A DNA stretch of 64,000 nucleotides from Gammaproteobacteria bacterium (GCA_002717445.1 PBDY01000002.1:39186-103185), one strand, 5' to 3'. Numbered from the stretch's first letter, positions 20,575-30,536 are shown. Program-made: numbers and translations. Notes: generated by a model from the sequence alone, not told the origin.

Positions 20575-21990
20575 ATGATTCTTAATCCCAAATATTCATT
20601 TTTAATAACAGGCGTAACAATTATTCTTTTTGGAGCGCCAAATATTCAATCTCAAATCAATGAAAAAGAGCTAATCAATTATGCTTATGAATCGACTTAT
20701 GAGCCTGAAACGAGCAGCAAGACAATCATAACCAATGCCAATATTCTAACCGGTCGTGGCGATTCAATTTTAGACGCCTCTATTTTAATGGATAAGAATA
20801 AGATTATTGCTGTTGGCAAGGACTTGGATTCTTCCGACGCCACTGTTGTGGATGCTGAAGGGAAATGGGTAACACCAGGCATTATCGATATACACTCTCA
20901 CATGGGGGTCTATCCGGCGCCAAGCCTAAGATCAAACTCTGACGGAAATGAGGCAACCAGCCCAACCACGCCTCATGTTTGGGCAGAACATTCTGTTTGG
21001 ACTCAAGATCCACAATATACGCTTGCATTAAAAGGCGGTATCACCTCTTTTCATGTTTTGGTGGGATCTGCAAATTTAATCGGTGGAAGAGGGGTCACAC
21101 TCAAGAATGTTCGCAGCAGGACGGTTCAAGGTATGAAATTTCCAAATGCACCGTATACATTGAAAATGGCATGCGGCGAAAATCCTAAAAGGGTTTATGG
21201 AGGAAGAAACTCCGAACCATCAACACGCATGGGCAATGTTGCAGGCTATCGAAATGCTTGGATTGAAGCGCAAGCTTATCAGAGACGCTTAACTGAATAT
21301 GCAGAGAAATCCGATGAAGCAAAAGAGATGTCCTATAGTCCATCTCGTGATTTGGGTTTGGAAACATTGGTTGGAGTGTTGGAGGGGGATATTTTGGTTC
21401 AGATGCACTGCTATCGTGGAGAGGAAATGGCAGTCATGTTGGATGTCGCCAAGGAATTTGAATATAAAATCACCACCTTTCATCATGCGATTGAGGCCTA
21501 TAAGGTTGCTGATATATTGGCACAGAATTCTGTCTGTGCTGCAATGTGGGCAGATTGGTGGGGATTTAAGCACGAGGCTTTCGATATGGTTTGGGAGAAT
21601 ACTGCCATTGTTGATCAGGCTGAAAATAAAACAGGCTGTGCAATTGTCCACTCTGATTCTGCAGTTGGAATACAACGACTTAATCAAGAGGCTGCAAAAG
21701 CGTTGGCAGCTGGGCAGAAGATCGGTTTGGATCTGAATAAGGAAAGAGCCATTCAATGGATTACATTGAATCCTGCCAAAGCCTTGGGCATCGATGACCA
21801 TGTTGGCTCGATTGAACCTGGAAAAATGGCAGACATTGTTGTTTGGTCTCATGACCCATTCAGTGTTTATTCAAGAGCAGAGAAGGTCTTTATTGATGGG
21901 CATTTGAAATTTGATATAAATGACCCCGGTTCTTTTCAAAGAACTGATTTTGATATTGGAATTATTGATCCAGAAGGAGACCGACTATGA
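20575..21990 (+). CDS. Secreted amidohydrolase superfamily enzyme (metal site intact)
   Basis: 471-aa ORF with a signal-like N-terminus, the HxH motif PGIIDIHSHMG, further His/Asp candidates (VQMHCY, TFHHAIE, IVHSDS) and a C-terminal GSIEPGKMADIVVW block. Confidence 0.8.
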   Translation: MILNPKYSFLITGVTIILFGAPNIQSQINEKELINYAYESTYEPETSSKTIITNANILTGRGDSILDASILMDKNKIIAVGKDLDSSDATVVDAEGKWVTPGIIDIHSHMGVYPAPSLRSNSDGNEATSPTTPHVWAEHSVWTQDPQYTLALKGGITSFHVLVGSANLIGGRGVTLKNVRSRTVQGMKFPNAPYTLKMACGENPKRVYGGRNSEPSTRMGNVAGYRNAWIEAQAYQRRLTEYAEKSDEAKEMSYSPSRDLGLETLVGVLEGDILVQMHCYRGEEMAVMLDVAKEFEYKITTFHHAIEAYKVADILAQNSVCAAMWADWWGFKHEAFDMVWENTAIVDQAENKTGCAIVHSDSAVGIQRLNQEAAKALAAGQKIGLDLNKERAIQWITLNPAKALGIDDHVGSIEPGKMADIVVWSHDPFSVYSRAEKVFIDGHLKFDINDPGSFQRTDFDIGIIDPEGDRL

Positions 21991-23234
21991 AGCTTTTTAG
22001 ATCTATATTTCTGGGTGTAATTGGACTGTTATCGTTCTCAGTCTTTGCCAAAACACAGGACATTCTGATAAAAAATGCAACCGTTATAACTTCGAGTGAA
22101 CAGGGAACTCTTGATGAAACCGATGTATTGATTCAAGGCGGGATAATTTCTTTAATTGGTAAAGACATCAATAGTGGAGGAGCCTTAATTATCGAAGCAA
22201 ACGGTCGAATTCTCTCGGCTGGAATATTGGCTCCTGTCACCAATTTAGGTTTGATTGAAATTGAGCTTGAAGCTCAAACAAGGGATGATCGAACTGATCA
22301 TTACTCAGCAGGATTCAGCATTTCTTCTGCATTTAATGCGAGTTCAACATTGATTCCTTATAATCGAACTGCAGGAATTACCTCTGCGATCGTATTCCCA
22401 TCTTCTGGAAGAGGTGATGTATTTTCTGGTTTGGGCTCTGCTTTTAAAACACACGGCAAAATCGATACTCAGCCGATTGCCACTGATATTGCTATGGTTA
22501 TGCAAATGGGCGGCAATCGAGATTCGAGGGCCTCCCTCTTCTTGGAGCTTGAAGATGCCTTTATGAAGGCAAAGCAATTCAAGAAATCTCGAAATATCAT
22601 TCAAAGAGGAGGGTTCTTTGATGCAGGAGAATACTCTGAAAGAGATCTAGAGGCTTTATTAAATTTAATAGAGAAAAGGAAACCTTTGATTGCAAAAACC
22701 AACCGAGCCAGCGATATGTTGAGAATGATTGAATTCTCTAAAAAGCATGAAATCAATATTATTTTTCATGGCGCCAAAGAAGCATGGAGAATTACAGATC
22801 AGTTGGCTGAAGGAAATATACCCGTGATTATTGATCCAATGGATAATATTCCGAGTTCATTTGATTCAATCGGTGCAAGGATCGATGCAGCCTCCCTTCT
22901 CACAAAATCAGGAGTCACTGTTTTGATTGGCATTGCCGATGCCCACAATTCTTTTTTGAGTCGACAAGGTGCTGGAAATGCAGTTGCTAATGGAATGGAT
23001 CAGAATGAAGCAATGAAGGCACTGACCATAAATATTGCAGAGGCATTTGGATTGGATGATTCAGTCGGCAGTATTGAGGTTGGAAAAGATGCAGACCTGG
23101 TTCTTTGGGATGGAGACCCTCTTGAAGTGACGACTTTCTCTGATGCGGTTATCATCAACGGAAAATTAATGAGTGATATGACGCGATCAAAAAGACTGCG
23201 TGATCGTTATTTAGAGGTTATTGGATTGAAATAA
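21987..23234 (+). CDS. Secreted amidohydrolase-fold protein lacking the HxH motif
   Basis: 415-aa ORF with an ATGA overlap onto the upstream amidohydrolase. It has the same architecture (signal peptide, GSIEVGKDADLVLW), but the strand-1 position reads SAGILAPVTNLG. Confidence 0.7.
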   Translation: MKLFRSIFLGVIGLLSFSVFAKTQDILIKNATVITSSEQGTLDETDVLIQGGIISLIGKDINSGGALIIEANGRILSAGILAPVTNLGLIEIELEAQTRDDRTDHYSAGFSISSAFNASSTLIPYNRTAGITSAIVFPSSGRGDVFSGLGSAFKTHGKIDTQPIATDIAMVMQMGGNRDSRASLFLELEDAFMKAKQFKKSRNIIQRGGFFDAGEYSERDLEALLNLIEKRKPLIAKTNRASDMLRMIEFSKKHEINIIFHGAKEAWRITDQLAEGNIPVIIDPMDNIPSSFDSIGARIDAASLLTKSGVTVLIGIADAHNSFLSRQGAGNAVANGMDQNEAMKALTINIAEAFGLDDSVGSIEVGKDADLVLWDGDPLEVTTFSDAVIINGKLMSDMTRSKRLRDRYLEVIGLK

Positions 23235-23235
23235 A

Positions 23236-25008
23236 TTAATTTCTTTTTGAAATCGTTTCATCCACTGATGCCAAATAATCTGACAGGCTTTTTTCATTTG
23301 ATATTTGTGAGAGTTGGTCAATGATTTCATTGGTTGATTGAGACTGAGGCGAATAATCAGCAAAAGCAGTATCTCCTCGTTCAAGAGACGTTTGATCAAT
23401 GAGCGATATTATCGAGGAGAGTTCGCTGTCATTGAAAGACACGAATTGAATAATGTCCTCATCAATTGGCTCAATAGTTGCAGTCGTTTCATCACCGACC
23501 TCAATAAGCTCAATGTATTCTGAAAAGTCCCTTACTTTTTGCTCAGAGAGATCGAGTGAATTAACCCAAGCAACATAGACTCTCGGATCTTTTTCAGATG
23601 ATCCAGATATTTTGTCTTTATAAATATCAAAACCCAGCCCAACATCAAAGCTTCCAAGCGGAATATCATACCAATAAAGATCAAATTGATAACCCAAATT
23701 GAAATTCAAGAAATCAGTCGCATTTTGTGAAAATAAATATCCTGACTCAGATCCTCGATTGATTCTGCCAATTGCAAGCGTTGACTTATATAGCTGTGTG
23801 TCGTCTAGAACAAGAATTCCACCCAATGAGATTGCTAGAGAGTCTCCGTCAAGTGGGTATCCAATATTGCTGCGATCATTGTGATATGCAGACGGATATT
23901 TTTCATTTTGATAGGCACACCCATATTTACTTTGACCATCAATAATTCCACATGATGTGGAAGAAAATTCTGTAAAAAATCTGTAAGACTCAAATTTTTG
24001 GCCTCCACCAACGCTTCCCCATGTTTCTAGACCTAAGAGTCCAATAGAATTATTAAGAGATGTCCCAGATATCTGTCCATACGAAGCATATGGAGTATCG
24101 AAGATATTGCCTGATACACGATAGTCTATAGTATTGAGATCATAGACATCATCAGACCCAATTAATCCATCAATGATCTTGCTGAATCCACAGCCGCTCC
24201 CCTTATCACAAACAACTGCTGATTTAGAAAAACCTATCTCAACGTTATCTTTTGGACGTATTCCTATTCTGAGAGCCGTAAAGCGACGATCAGGCATCAG
24301 GTTTGCATTTTGAATATCGCCAAGAATAAAGGCCAAGTCCCAATTTCCAAGTAGTCCTAGATAGCGATTCTGAAATGGATCTGAAAAGTTTCTTTCAATC
24401 GATAGTCCCTTTATTGGCCTTGCGTTTGTTGAAAGAGCAGTGCTTCCCATCCAGCCTGGACCCCACCAATTTTTCTTTGACCCCAATGTCATGGAATAAT
24501 TTCCCCTGGCCAGAGAGATGTAAGACTCATCAAGTAACTCATAGGAGTCTGTTTTTTCGAATTTGAGATTTATTGCCATGTTTTCTGACAGGTATGAAGC
24601 AGAGGATGCGGCAAGTTTTTTTGTATTGACTGGATCAAAAAATGTCATGATCCTGTCAGGGTTTTTTGCAAACTTAATTTCAGCATTAGCCGAAATGCCT
24701 CCCAGTTCCTCATCTATCAGTCTTTGTTTAATTCTTTGGAGGGACAGAAGTGTTTCTGGAGAAAGGTCTTTGACATTCTCAACTTTTAAGTTGTATGCAA
24801 CATCGCCCCAAGCAATCGGCCAAGTATTTATCGGAATATTCAATAATCCCGAATCTGTAAGCATTTGCAGGTCATGCTTTGCCAATAAATCATCCGGTGT
24901 CGCCCATGGAGATGAGTTGGCATCATTTATGGGTAGACACAATAAGAGGATTAAAAAGAGAGATTCTGCACCATATTTTTTGATTAAATTTATTTGCATG
25001 TGTAGCAT
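23236..25008 (-). CDS. Outer-membrane protein, capsule-assembly Wzi-like
   Basis: 590-aa ORF with a signal peptide. The N-terminal block SPWATPDDLLAKHDLQMLTDSGLLNIPINTWPIAWGDV resembles the Wzi family as I remember it. It also has beta-barrel-like alternating segments and an acidic C-terminal extension. Confidence 0.45.
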   Translation of the reverse strand: MLHMQINLIKKYGAESLFLILLLCLPINDANSSPWATPDDLLAKHDLQMLTDSGLLNIPINTWPIAWGDVAYNLKVENVKDLSPETLLSLQRIKQRLIDEELGGISANAEIKFAKNPDRIMTFFDPVNTKKLAASSASYLSENMAINLKFEKTDSYELLDESYISLARGNYSMTLGSKKNWWGPGWMGSTALSTNARPIKGLSIERNFSDPFQNRYLGLLGNWDLAFILGDIQNANLMPDRRFTALRIGIRPKDNVEIGFSKSAVVCDKGSGCGFSKIIDGLIGSDDVYDLNTIDYRVSGNIFDTPYASYGQISGTSLNNSIGLLGLETWGSVGGGQKFESYRFFTEFSSTSCGIIDGQSKYGCAYQNEKYPSAYHNDRSNIGYPLDGDSLAISLGGILVLDDTQLYKSTLAIGRINRGSESGYLFSQNATDFLNFNLGYQFDLYWYDIPLGSFDVGLGFDIYKDKISGSSEKDPRVYVAWVNSLDLSEQKVRDFSEYIELIEVGDETTATIEPIDEDIIQFVSFNDSELSSIISLIDQTSLERGDTAFADYSPQSQSTNEIIDQLSQISNEKSLSDYLASVDETISKRN

Positions 25009-25082
25009 TCTACTCTTTCGTTAAAAAATCTAAACAAATTCTGCATTTTCAACGAATATTATATGTATTATCGTTACCAATT

Positions 25083-26945
25083 ATGTTTTCAGGCAATTTA
25101 AAAAAAATTATTCTAATCATCCTGGCAGGTTATCTTACCTCCTGCAGTATTCCAAAGACCGATCTTGGACCGGATGAAAGAACCCTTCTCACAATCCAGA
25201 AAGGGTCAGTGATTGGCTCAAACAATGGTAAGTCCTATCAATGGCTTGGTATTCAATATGGCTCGATTCCAGATGCAAGTTTTCGATGGAAAAAAGCGAG
25301 CGAAACCAAAGAATGGGAAGGAGTCTATGAAGCCTTGTCATTTGGGAGTACATGTGCTCAAAGAGGCTCACTCATTAATACTTCAAAAAGAAGAAACTGG
25401 GGCGAAATTGTCGGATCAGAAGATTGTTTGTTTCTCAATGTTTGGACACCATTGGATGCACTTGGGCCATCATCAAGTAAAATACCTGTAATGGTATGGA
25501 TTCATGGCGGAAGCAATGTTTCTGGTAATGCCAATTTTTATGACCCAAGTGAATTGGCCAGTAGTCAAAATGTCATAGTTGTTAGTATCAATTACCGATT
25601 GGGACCATTTGGATGGTTTAGGCATCCTGATGTAAATTCAAATTCTGAAAATATTGAAGATCGATCAGGTAATTACGGAAATTTAGATACTATACAGGCA
25701 CTTGAATGGGTACAAAGGAACATCGAATATTTTGGTGGGGATTCTTCTAATGTCACGATCTTTGGAGAATCTGCTGGAGGATATAACGTAGCAGCATTAT
25801 TGTCTGCAAAGAATGCTAAAGGGCTGTTTCACAAAGCCATTATTCAAAGCGGTGGAGTTAAGCCTGGTGATATAAAGCATTCAGAATCATACCTCAAAGA
25901 AAATTTACCTTGGAAAAATTATTCTTCAAGAGAATTGCTGAATCAGCTGATTATAGATAAAGGCATGGCTTCTGATCGAGAATCTGCAACGATGTTACAA
26001 AAAGAAATGTCTCAAGTTGGAATAGAAGCTTTAATGAGGAATGCTACAACCCTTGAAGTTTATGAGGCTTACTTGATGGTAAGGAATAATACCAATGATA
26101 TGTTGAGACCATTCCCAGATGGCGAAGTGCTGAGCGAGCTAGGAATTCTAGGCTCATTAGAGAGTGGATTCAATAGTGATGTTCCAATTATGATCGGAAC
26201 AAATCGAGATGAAATGAAATTATTTCTCCTTAATAACCCTCGCTTGACAAGAGAGTTTCTAAGAATACCTAGGATTAGAGATCTAGATTTATGGAATGCA
26301 GTTAACAGACACAGAACCAATGCTTGGAAGTTTCTGGCTGTGGATGATCCTGCTCAAAGTCTCACTAAATCTGGAAGAACCAATATCTATGCTTATCGTT
26401 TTGATTGGGATGACGAACCAAGAAAATATGGTGTAGATTTAAAGAATCTGCTTGGAGCATCACATGCTTTTGAAATTCCTTTCGTGATGGGTAACTTCGA
26501 TGAAGACGCACTTACAAAATACATACTGAGTAAGAAAAATATAGATGAAGTCAAAACATTGTCTCATGCAATGATGAGTTATTGGGCTGAATTTGCTTAC
26601 AGTGGAGATCCTGATAGAGGCAGAAAAGGGGATCTAACCGATTGGGAATCTTGGGATCCCAGAGAGGATAGTAATAAGTTTATTATATTTGATTCCACCA
26701 TTGATGGAGGAATAAGGATGACAGAAGATTTTCTGACAGAAGAAAAATTAATTAAAATGTTAGCGACGGATATGAGAATAAAGGATTATAAATGGAAATG
26801 TGAAATTCTTGATGCTGCAATCATGTTTGATGATCTTACCACCCAAAATGTATTGTCTGAGTTTAATAATAACCAGTGTAGTGACCTTGATCCTTCTACA
26901 GAATGGAGAAAATACTGGTACGATGAAAAGGAGCAACGATACTAG
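25083..26945 (+). CDS. Type-B carboxylesterase/lipase family lipoprotein
   Basis: 620-aa ORF with a lipobox-like LTSCS, the oxyanion block VWIHGGSN and the nucleophile elbow FGESAGG. Confidence 0.8.
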   Translation: MFSGNLKKIILIILAGYLTSCSIPKTDLGPDERTLLTIQKGSVIGSNNGKSYQWLGIQYGSIPDASFRWKKASETKEWEGVYEALSFGSTCAQRGSLINTSKRRNWGEIVGSEDCLFLNVWTPLDALGPSSSKIPVMVWIHGGSNVSGNANFYDPSELASSQNVIVVSINYRLGPFGWFRHPDVNSNSENIEDRSGNYGNLDTIQALEWVQRNIEYFGGDSSNVTIFGESAGGYNVAALLSAKNAKGLFHKAIIQSGGVKPGDIKHSESYLKENLPWKNYSSRELLNQLIIDKGMASDRESATMLQKEMSQVGIEALMRNATTLEVYEAYLMVRNNTNDMLRPFPDGEVLSELGILGSLESGFNSDVPIMIGTNRDEMKLFLLNNPRLTREFLRIPRIRDLDLWNAVNRHRTNAWKFLAVDDPAQSLTKSGRTNIYAYRFDWDDEPRKYGVDLKNLLGASHAFEIPFVMGNFDEDALTKYILSKKNIDEVKTLSHAMMSYWAEFAYSGDPDRGRKGDLTDWESWDPREDSNKFIIFDSTIDGGIRMTEDFLTEEKLIKMLATDMRIKDYKWKCEILDAAIMFDDLTTQNVLSEFNNNQCSDLDPSTEWRKYWYDEKEQRY

Positions 26946-26953
26946 GAGATGAT

Positions 26954-27406
26954 ATGCAGTTTTGGCTTATGAAATCAGAACCTGAAACCTATAGCATAGA
27001 TGATCTTAAGGAATTTCAAGCTGATCATTGGGATGGGATTCGTAACTATCAGGTGAGAAACTTTTTTAGGGATCAGATGAAGATAGGTGATAAAGCATTT
27101 TTTTATCATTCGAATTGCAAGGAACCAGGCATAGTTGGACTGATGGAGATCGCAAGCGAGGCCTATCCTGATCACACTGCTTTCGACTCAGACGAGAAAT
27201 ATTTTGACGCAAAAAGTGACCCTGAAAATCCAAGATGGCTGATGCTCGATGTAAAGTATATTCGTCACACCAAAAGAAATATTACACTTTCTGAATTACG
27301 AGAACACAACTCTTTGAAAGAGATGAGGCTTTTGCAAAAAGGTAATCGTTTATCAGTAATACCGATGACAAAGAGAGAATGGGATTATATTCTCGGATTG
27401 GAATGA
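26954..27406 (+). CDS. EVE domain protein
   Basis: 150-aa ORF with FWLMKSEPETYSIDDL, WDGIRNYQVRNF and FFYHSN blocks. Confidence 0.85.
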   Translation: MQFWLMKSEPETYSIDDLKEFQADHWDGIRNYQVRNFFRDQMKIGDKAFFYHSNCKEPGIVGLMEIASEAYPDHTAFDSDEKYFDAKSDPENPRWLMLDVKYIRHTKRNITLSELREHNSLKEMRLLQKGNRLSVIPMTKREWDYILGLE

Positions 27407-27807
27407 GGCAATTTACACATATTATTTCTATCTTTTTATTATTGATCTCCACGCCCATCTATACGGAAGATTCAAAAGTATTTTTTATCCAGCCCCTTAA
27501 TGGAGATATTGTTGATCGTACATTTGAAGTCGTTTTTGGCATCCACGGAATGAAATTGGCAGCTGCTGGAACCTATGAGGCTAAAACCGGCCATCATCAT
27601 TTGATTATTGATTCACCACTTCCTGATCTTGCGATGCCTGTTCCAGCAACCAAGCAATATCTTCACTTTGGTAAAGCACAGGATCGAGTGGTGATCAGCT
27701 TGGAGCCTGGTAAGCATACACTTCAAATGATTTTAGGAGATGGGAATCATATCCCTCATGATCCACCAATCTACTCTGAGATCGTTGTCATTGAAGTTAA
27801 GCCTTAG
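27403..27807 (+). CDS. DUF4399 domain protein (secreted)
   Basis: GHHHLIID motif. The start is set at ATG 27403, which forms an ATGA junction with the EVE stop and yields a signal peptide (MRQFTHIISIFLLLIS). Confidence 0.7.
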   Translation: MRQFTHIISIFLLLISTPIYTEDSKVFFIQPLNGDIVDRTFEVVFGIHGMKLAAAGTYEAKTGHHHLIIDSPLPDLAMPVPATKQYLHFGKAQDRVVISLEPGKHTLQMILGDGNHIPHDPPIYSEIVVIEVKP

Positions 27808-28618
27808 TGATCTCGGCTCTTTTCATAAATAAAGAAATGAGCTGAACCGTCTCTGTTGTTCTGATCTCGGTTGAAGCTATCCCTGATTCAGCAAGAGACT
27901 CAATCTCAACTTCATGAAGATCATCTTTTATGATTTCTAATTTATTATGAAAGAAATCATCAATGGCTGACATGACCATGATTGGCGTACTTAATGTTTT
28001 TATTAATGATTTAAAGTCTTGATCCCAGACGGCTGCAAAAGCTTGTTCACGACCTTTGATTGATCTTATGGCACCTAAAAACTCGGTATTCACTAAATCA
28101 GAGTCATACGATGGAAAGAGAGACTTTATTAATTCAAATGTTTCTAAAAGATATTTTCCTTCAACGTCTTGCTCAATCCCAGATGAGGTCATTTTCTTGA
28201 ATGACTCTCTTTCATCCTTTTCCAGATAGGCCACTCCATTGAGCATCAGTGATACAGTCCGGTCTTTCCAGATATTTGCGATCTCAGCAGCAATGTGTGT
28301 ACCTGTGTGATGAGCATAAATATGAAAATTATCAATTCCAAGCGCTTCGATGGATTCACAGATCCAGTCACGATAATTTTCCATATTGGGATATCCCTTT
28401 GGATTAAAGGAAGATCCGAATCCAGGAGTGTCAAAAGCATATAAAGGCCTATCATCTAGCATCTCTTTCATCATCGGTTCATACATTATTGAACTTGTCG
28501 GCGTGCGGTGCAGAAGAATGAGAGGTATTCCGTCTTCACAATTATTCGTTCTATAGTGAATCTGACCGATTGGAAGAGATAAATATGATTTTTTTATAAG
28601 ATTATTATTCACTTTCAT
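27797..28618 (-). CDS. Alpha/beta-hydrolase fold protein (atypical nucleophile elbow)
   Basis: 273-aa ORF. ILLHRTPTSS and DTPGFGSS blocks fit the alpha/beta-hydrolase fold, but the elbow reads YAHHTGTHIA instead of GxSxG. Confidence 0.6.
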   Translation of the reverse strand: MKVNNNLIKKSYLSLPIGQIHYRTNNCEDGIPLILLHRTPTSSIMYEPMMKEMLDDRPLYAFDTPGFGSSFNPKGYPNMENYRDWICESIEALGIDNFHIYAHHTGTHIAAEIANIWKDRTVSLMLNGVAYLEKDERESFKKMTSSGIEQDVEGKYLLETFELIKSLFPSYDSDLVNTEFLGAIRSIKGREQAFAAVWDQDFKSLIKTLSTPIMVMSAIDDFFHNKLEIIKDDLHEVEIESLAESGIASTEIRTTETVQLISLFMKRAEITKA

Positions 28619-28668
28619 TATGATTCTTAGACTAATCTAATTGATGATAAATTGATATAATCGTCACC

Positions 28669-29232
28669 ATGAAAAGAATAATTATTGGAATCTCAGGCGC
28701 AAGCGGCGTTATTTATGGCATTCGGCTTCTTGAGATACTCAAAGAAATTGAAGGTGTTGAGTCACATCTCGTGATGACCAATGGTGCCAAACTTAATATT
28801 TCACTAGAAAGTGAGTTTGACTCAAAGACTGTCAAAGAGCTTGCTGATGTTGTGCATAGTGATAAAAACTTGGGAGCCAGTATCGCCAGTGGTTCATATG
28901 AAACAGAAGGCATGATTATTGCCCCATGTTCCATGAAAACGCTTTCTGGTGTTGCAAACTCATATGCTGTAAATCTTATCGTCAGAGCGGCAGATGTGGT
29001 GTTAAAGGAGGGCAGAAGCCTAATCATTATTCCGAGGGAAACACCCCTCCATTTGGGACACATTGATCTGCTTAGGAAGGTGTCGTTGATGGGCGCTCAT
29101 GTGGTTCCACCAAATCCAGCTTTCTATAACCATCCAGAATCAATTGATGACATCATTAACCATACCGTTGGAAGAGTTTTGGATTTGATTGGTATAGACA
29201 ATGAAGTGGTGAGCCGGTGGAAGGGCGTATAG
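28669..29232 (+). CDS. ubiX: Flavin prenyltransferase UbiX
   Basis: 187-aa ORF with IIIGISGASGVIYGIRLLE, APCSMKTLSG and RETPL blocks. Confidence 0.9.
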   Translation: MKRIIIGISGASGVIYGIRLLEILKEIEGVESHLVMTNGAKLNISLESEFDSKTVKELADVVHSDKNLGASIASGSYETEGMIIAPCSMKTLSGVANSYAVNLIVRAADVVLKEGRSLIIIPRETPLHLGHIDLLRKVSLMGAHVVPPNPAFYNHPESIDDIINHTVGRVLDLIGIDNEVVSRWKGV

Positions 29233-29238
29233 CAGAGC

Positions 29239-29751
29239 ATGACCGAATCATCTGTTGAAGGAGTTCAAAACAATGCCACTGAGATGCTCAAAGAGCACCA
29301 CACTCTCACCATCTCAACAAGAGACAATGCATCCGTTTGGTCTGCGACAGTGTTTTATGTCTCAGACTCAAATCTGAACCTGTTTTTTCTATCTTCAGAA
29401 AAGAGCAGGCATATACAACACATCAATATGAACCCCGAGGTTTCTGCAACAGTCTATAAGGATCAAAAAGATTGGGAAAAGCTTAAGGGAATTCAGATCT
29501 CAGGAACGGTCGAATCGGTCAAAGGATTGGAGAGGGAACACACCATCGATCAATATCTTGAAAAATATGAATACCTGAATCGCGTGATCAATCATCCATT
29601 AAATGAAGACGAAGAAAAAATTGGCTCACGATTTAAATCCATACTATTTTTTAAACTGAAGCCAAGTTTGATAAGGATCATTAATAACCAAGTGGCGTTT
29701 GGTCATAAAGAACAAATTGAGAAAAAAGGAGGGAAATGGGAGTTATCTTAA
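29239..29751 (+). CDS. PNPOx-fold (FMN-binding split barrel) protein, YhbP/UPF0306-like
   Basis: 170-aa ORF starting 6 nt after ubiX. It resembles E. coli YhbP as I recall it (..W.A.VFY...FFLS.EKSRH.. and a C-terminal LFFKLKPSLIRIINN..FGHK). Confidence 0.6.
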   Translation: MTESSVEGVQNNATEMLKEHHTLTISTRDNASVWSATVFYVSDSNLNLFFLSSEKSRHIQHINMNPEVSATVYKDQKDWEKLKGIQISGTVESVKGLEREHTIDQYLEKYEYLNRVINHPLNEDEEKIGSRFKSILFFKLKPSLIRIINNQVAFGHKEQIEKKGGKWELS

Positions 29752-30536
29752 AGATCGTCCGTTGAGTATTTTGGAAGCTGCCCTAGGTGAGCACCACTGT
29801 CAACGATTAAGACCTCTCCTGTAATCAAAGGTGCCCCTTCCAAAAACCAGACCAATACTTCTGCCACATCTTCAGCAGATGCCACTTTCTTAAGCGGAAG
29901 GTTGGTTTCGCCCTGTTTTATAAGAGATTCATATGCTTCATCACTCATTCCGCCTTTTAGCCATCGGGTTTTGATTGGGCCAGGAGCCACTGCATTGATT
30001 CGAATTTCAGGCCCTAAAACATGAGCCAAAGATTTAGTCATTGCATTGAGAGCCGCTTTTGAAGCAACATAAGCTATAGAGGACCCCACTGCGTTGACTC
30101 CTGCCAGTGATGAGTCATTTACGATGGCGCCCAAACCCTGTTTTTTCATGTGCGGGACGACCGCCTTTATCATTTGATAAGCTCCGACCACGTTCACTGC
30201 ATAAATTGACTGAAAATCATCCATGGACAAGCCATCTAAGTTTTCAAACGGATTGAATTTGGTGCGACCTGCATTATTGACAAGATAATCTATTTGACCC
30301 CATTGACTAATGGCTGCAGAAACCATCGCTTGGCATTCATCATCTTTTGAAACATCTGCTTGAAAAACAATTGTCTCTGCACCATGCTCTTCTGCCAGTT
30401 TAGCTGTCTCTAAGGCTTCATCTTTTGATCGCGTATAATTGATGACAACATTGCATTCTTTTTCTGCTAGAAGAATCGCAGTAGCTGCACCAACACCAGT
30501 TGCAGACCCGGTAATAATGGCTACTTTTTTACCCAT
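29748..30536 (-). CDS. SDR family oxidoreductase
   Basis: 262-aa ORF with TGSATGVGAA (TGxxxGxG), NNAG and YVASKAA (YxxxK) motifs. Confidence 0.85.
   Translation of the reverse strand: MGKKVAIITGSATGVGAATAILLAEKECNVVINYTRSKDEALETAKLAEEHGAETIVFQADVSKDDECQAMVSAAISQWGQIDYLVNNAGRTKFNPFENLDGLSMDDFQSIYAVNVVGAYQMIKAVVPHMKKQGLGAIVNDSSLAGVNAVGSSIAYVASKAALNAMTKSLAHVLGPEIRINAVAPGPIKTRWLKGGMSDEAYESLIKQGETNLPLKKVASAEDVAEVLVWFLEGAPLITGEVLIVDSGAHLGQLPKYSTDDL

Noticed and set aside
21289-21852. 187-aa antisense ORF, and similar long shadow ORFs: 19477-19944, 24563-25024, 48640-49059, 9840-10202, 28713-29063, 31105-31461, 40424-40771, 44435-44821
   Set aside because: All lie opposite strongly supported, motif-bearing genes. 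They have low-complexity or Cys/Ser/Leu-biased translations and no recognisable family, which is typical of shadow frames.
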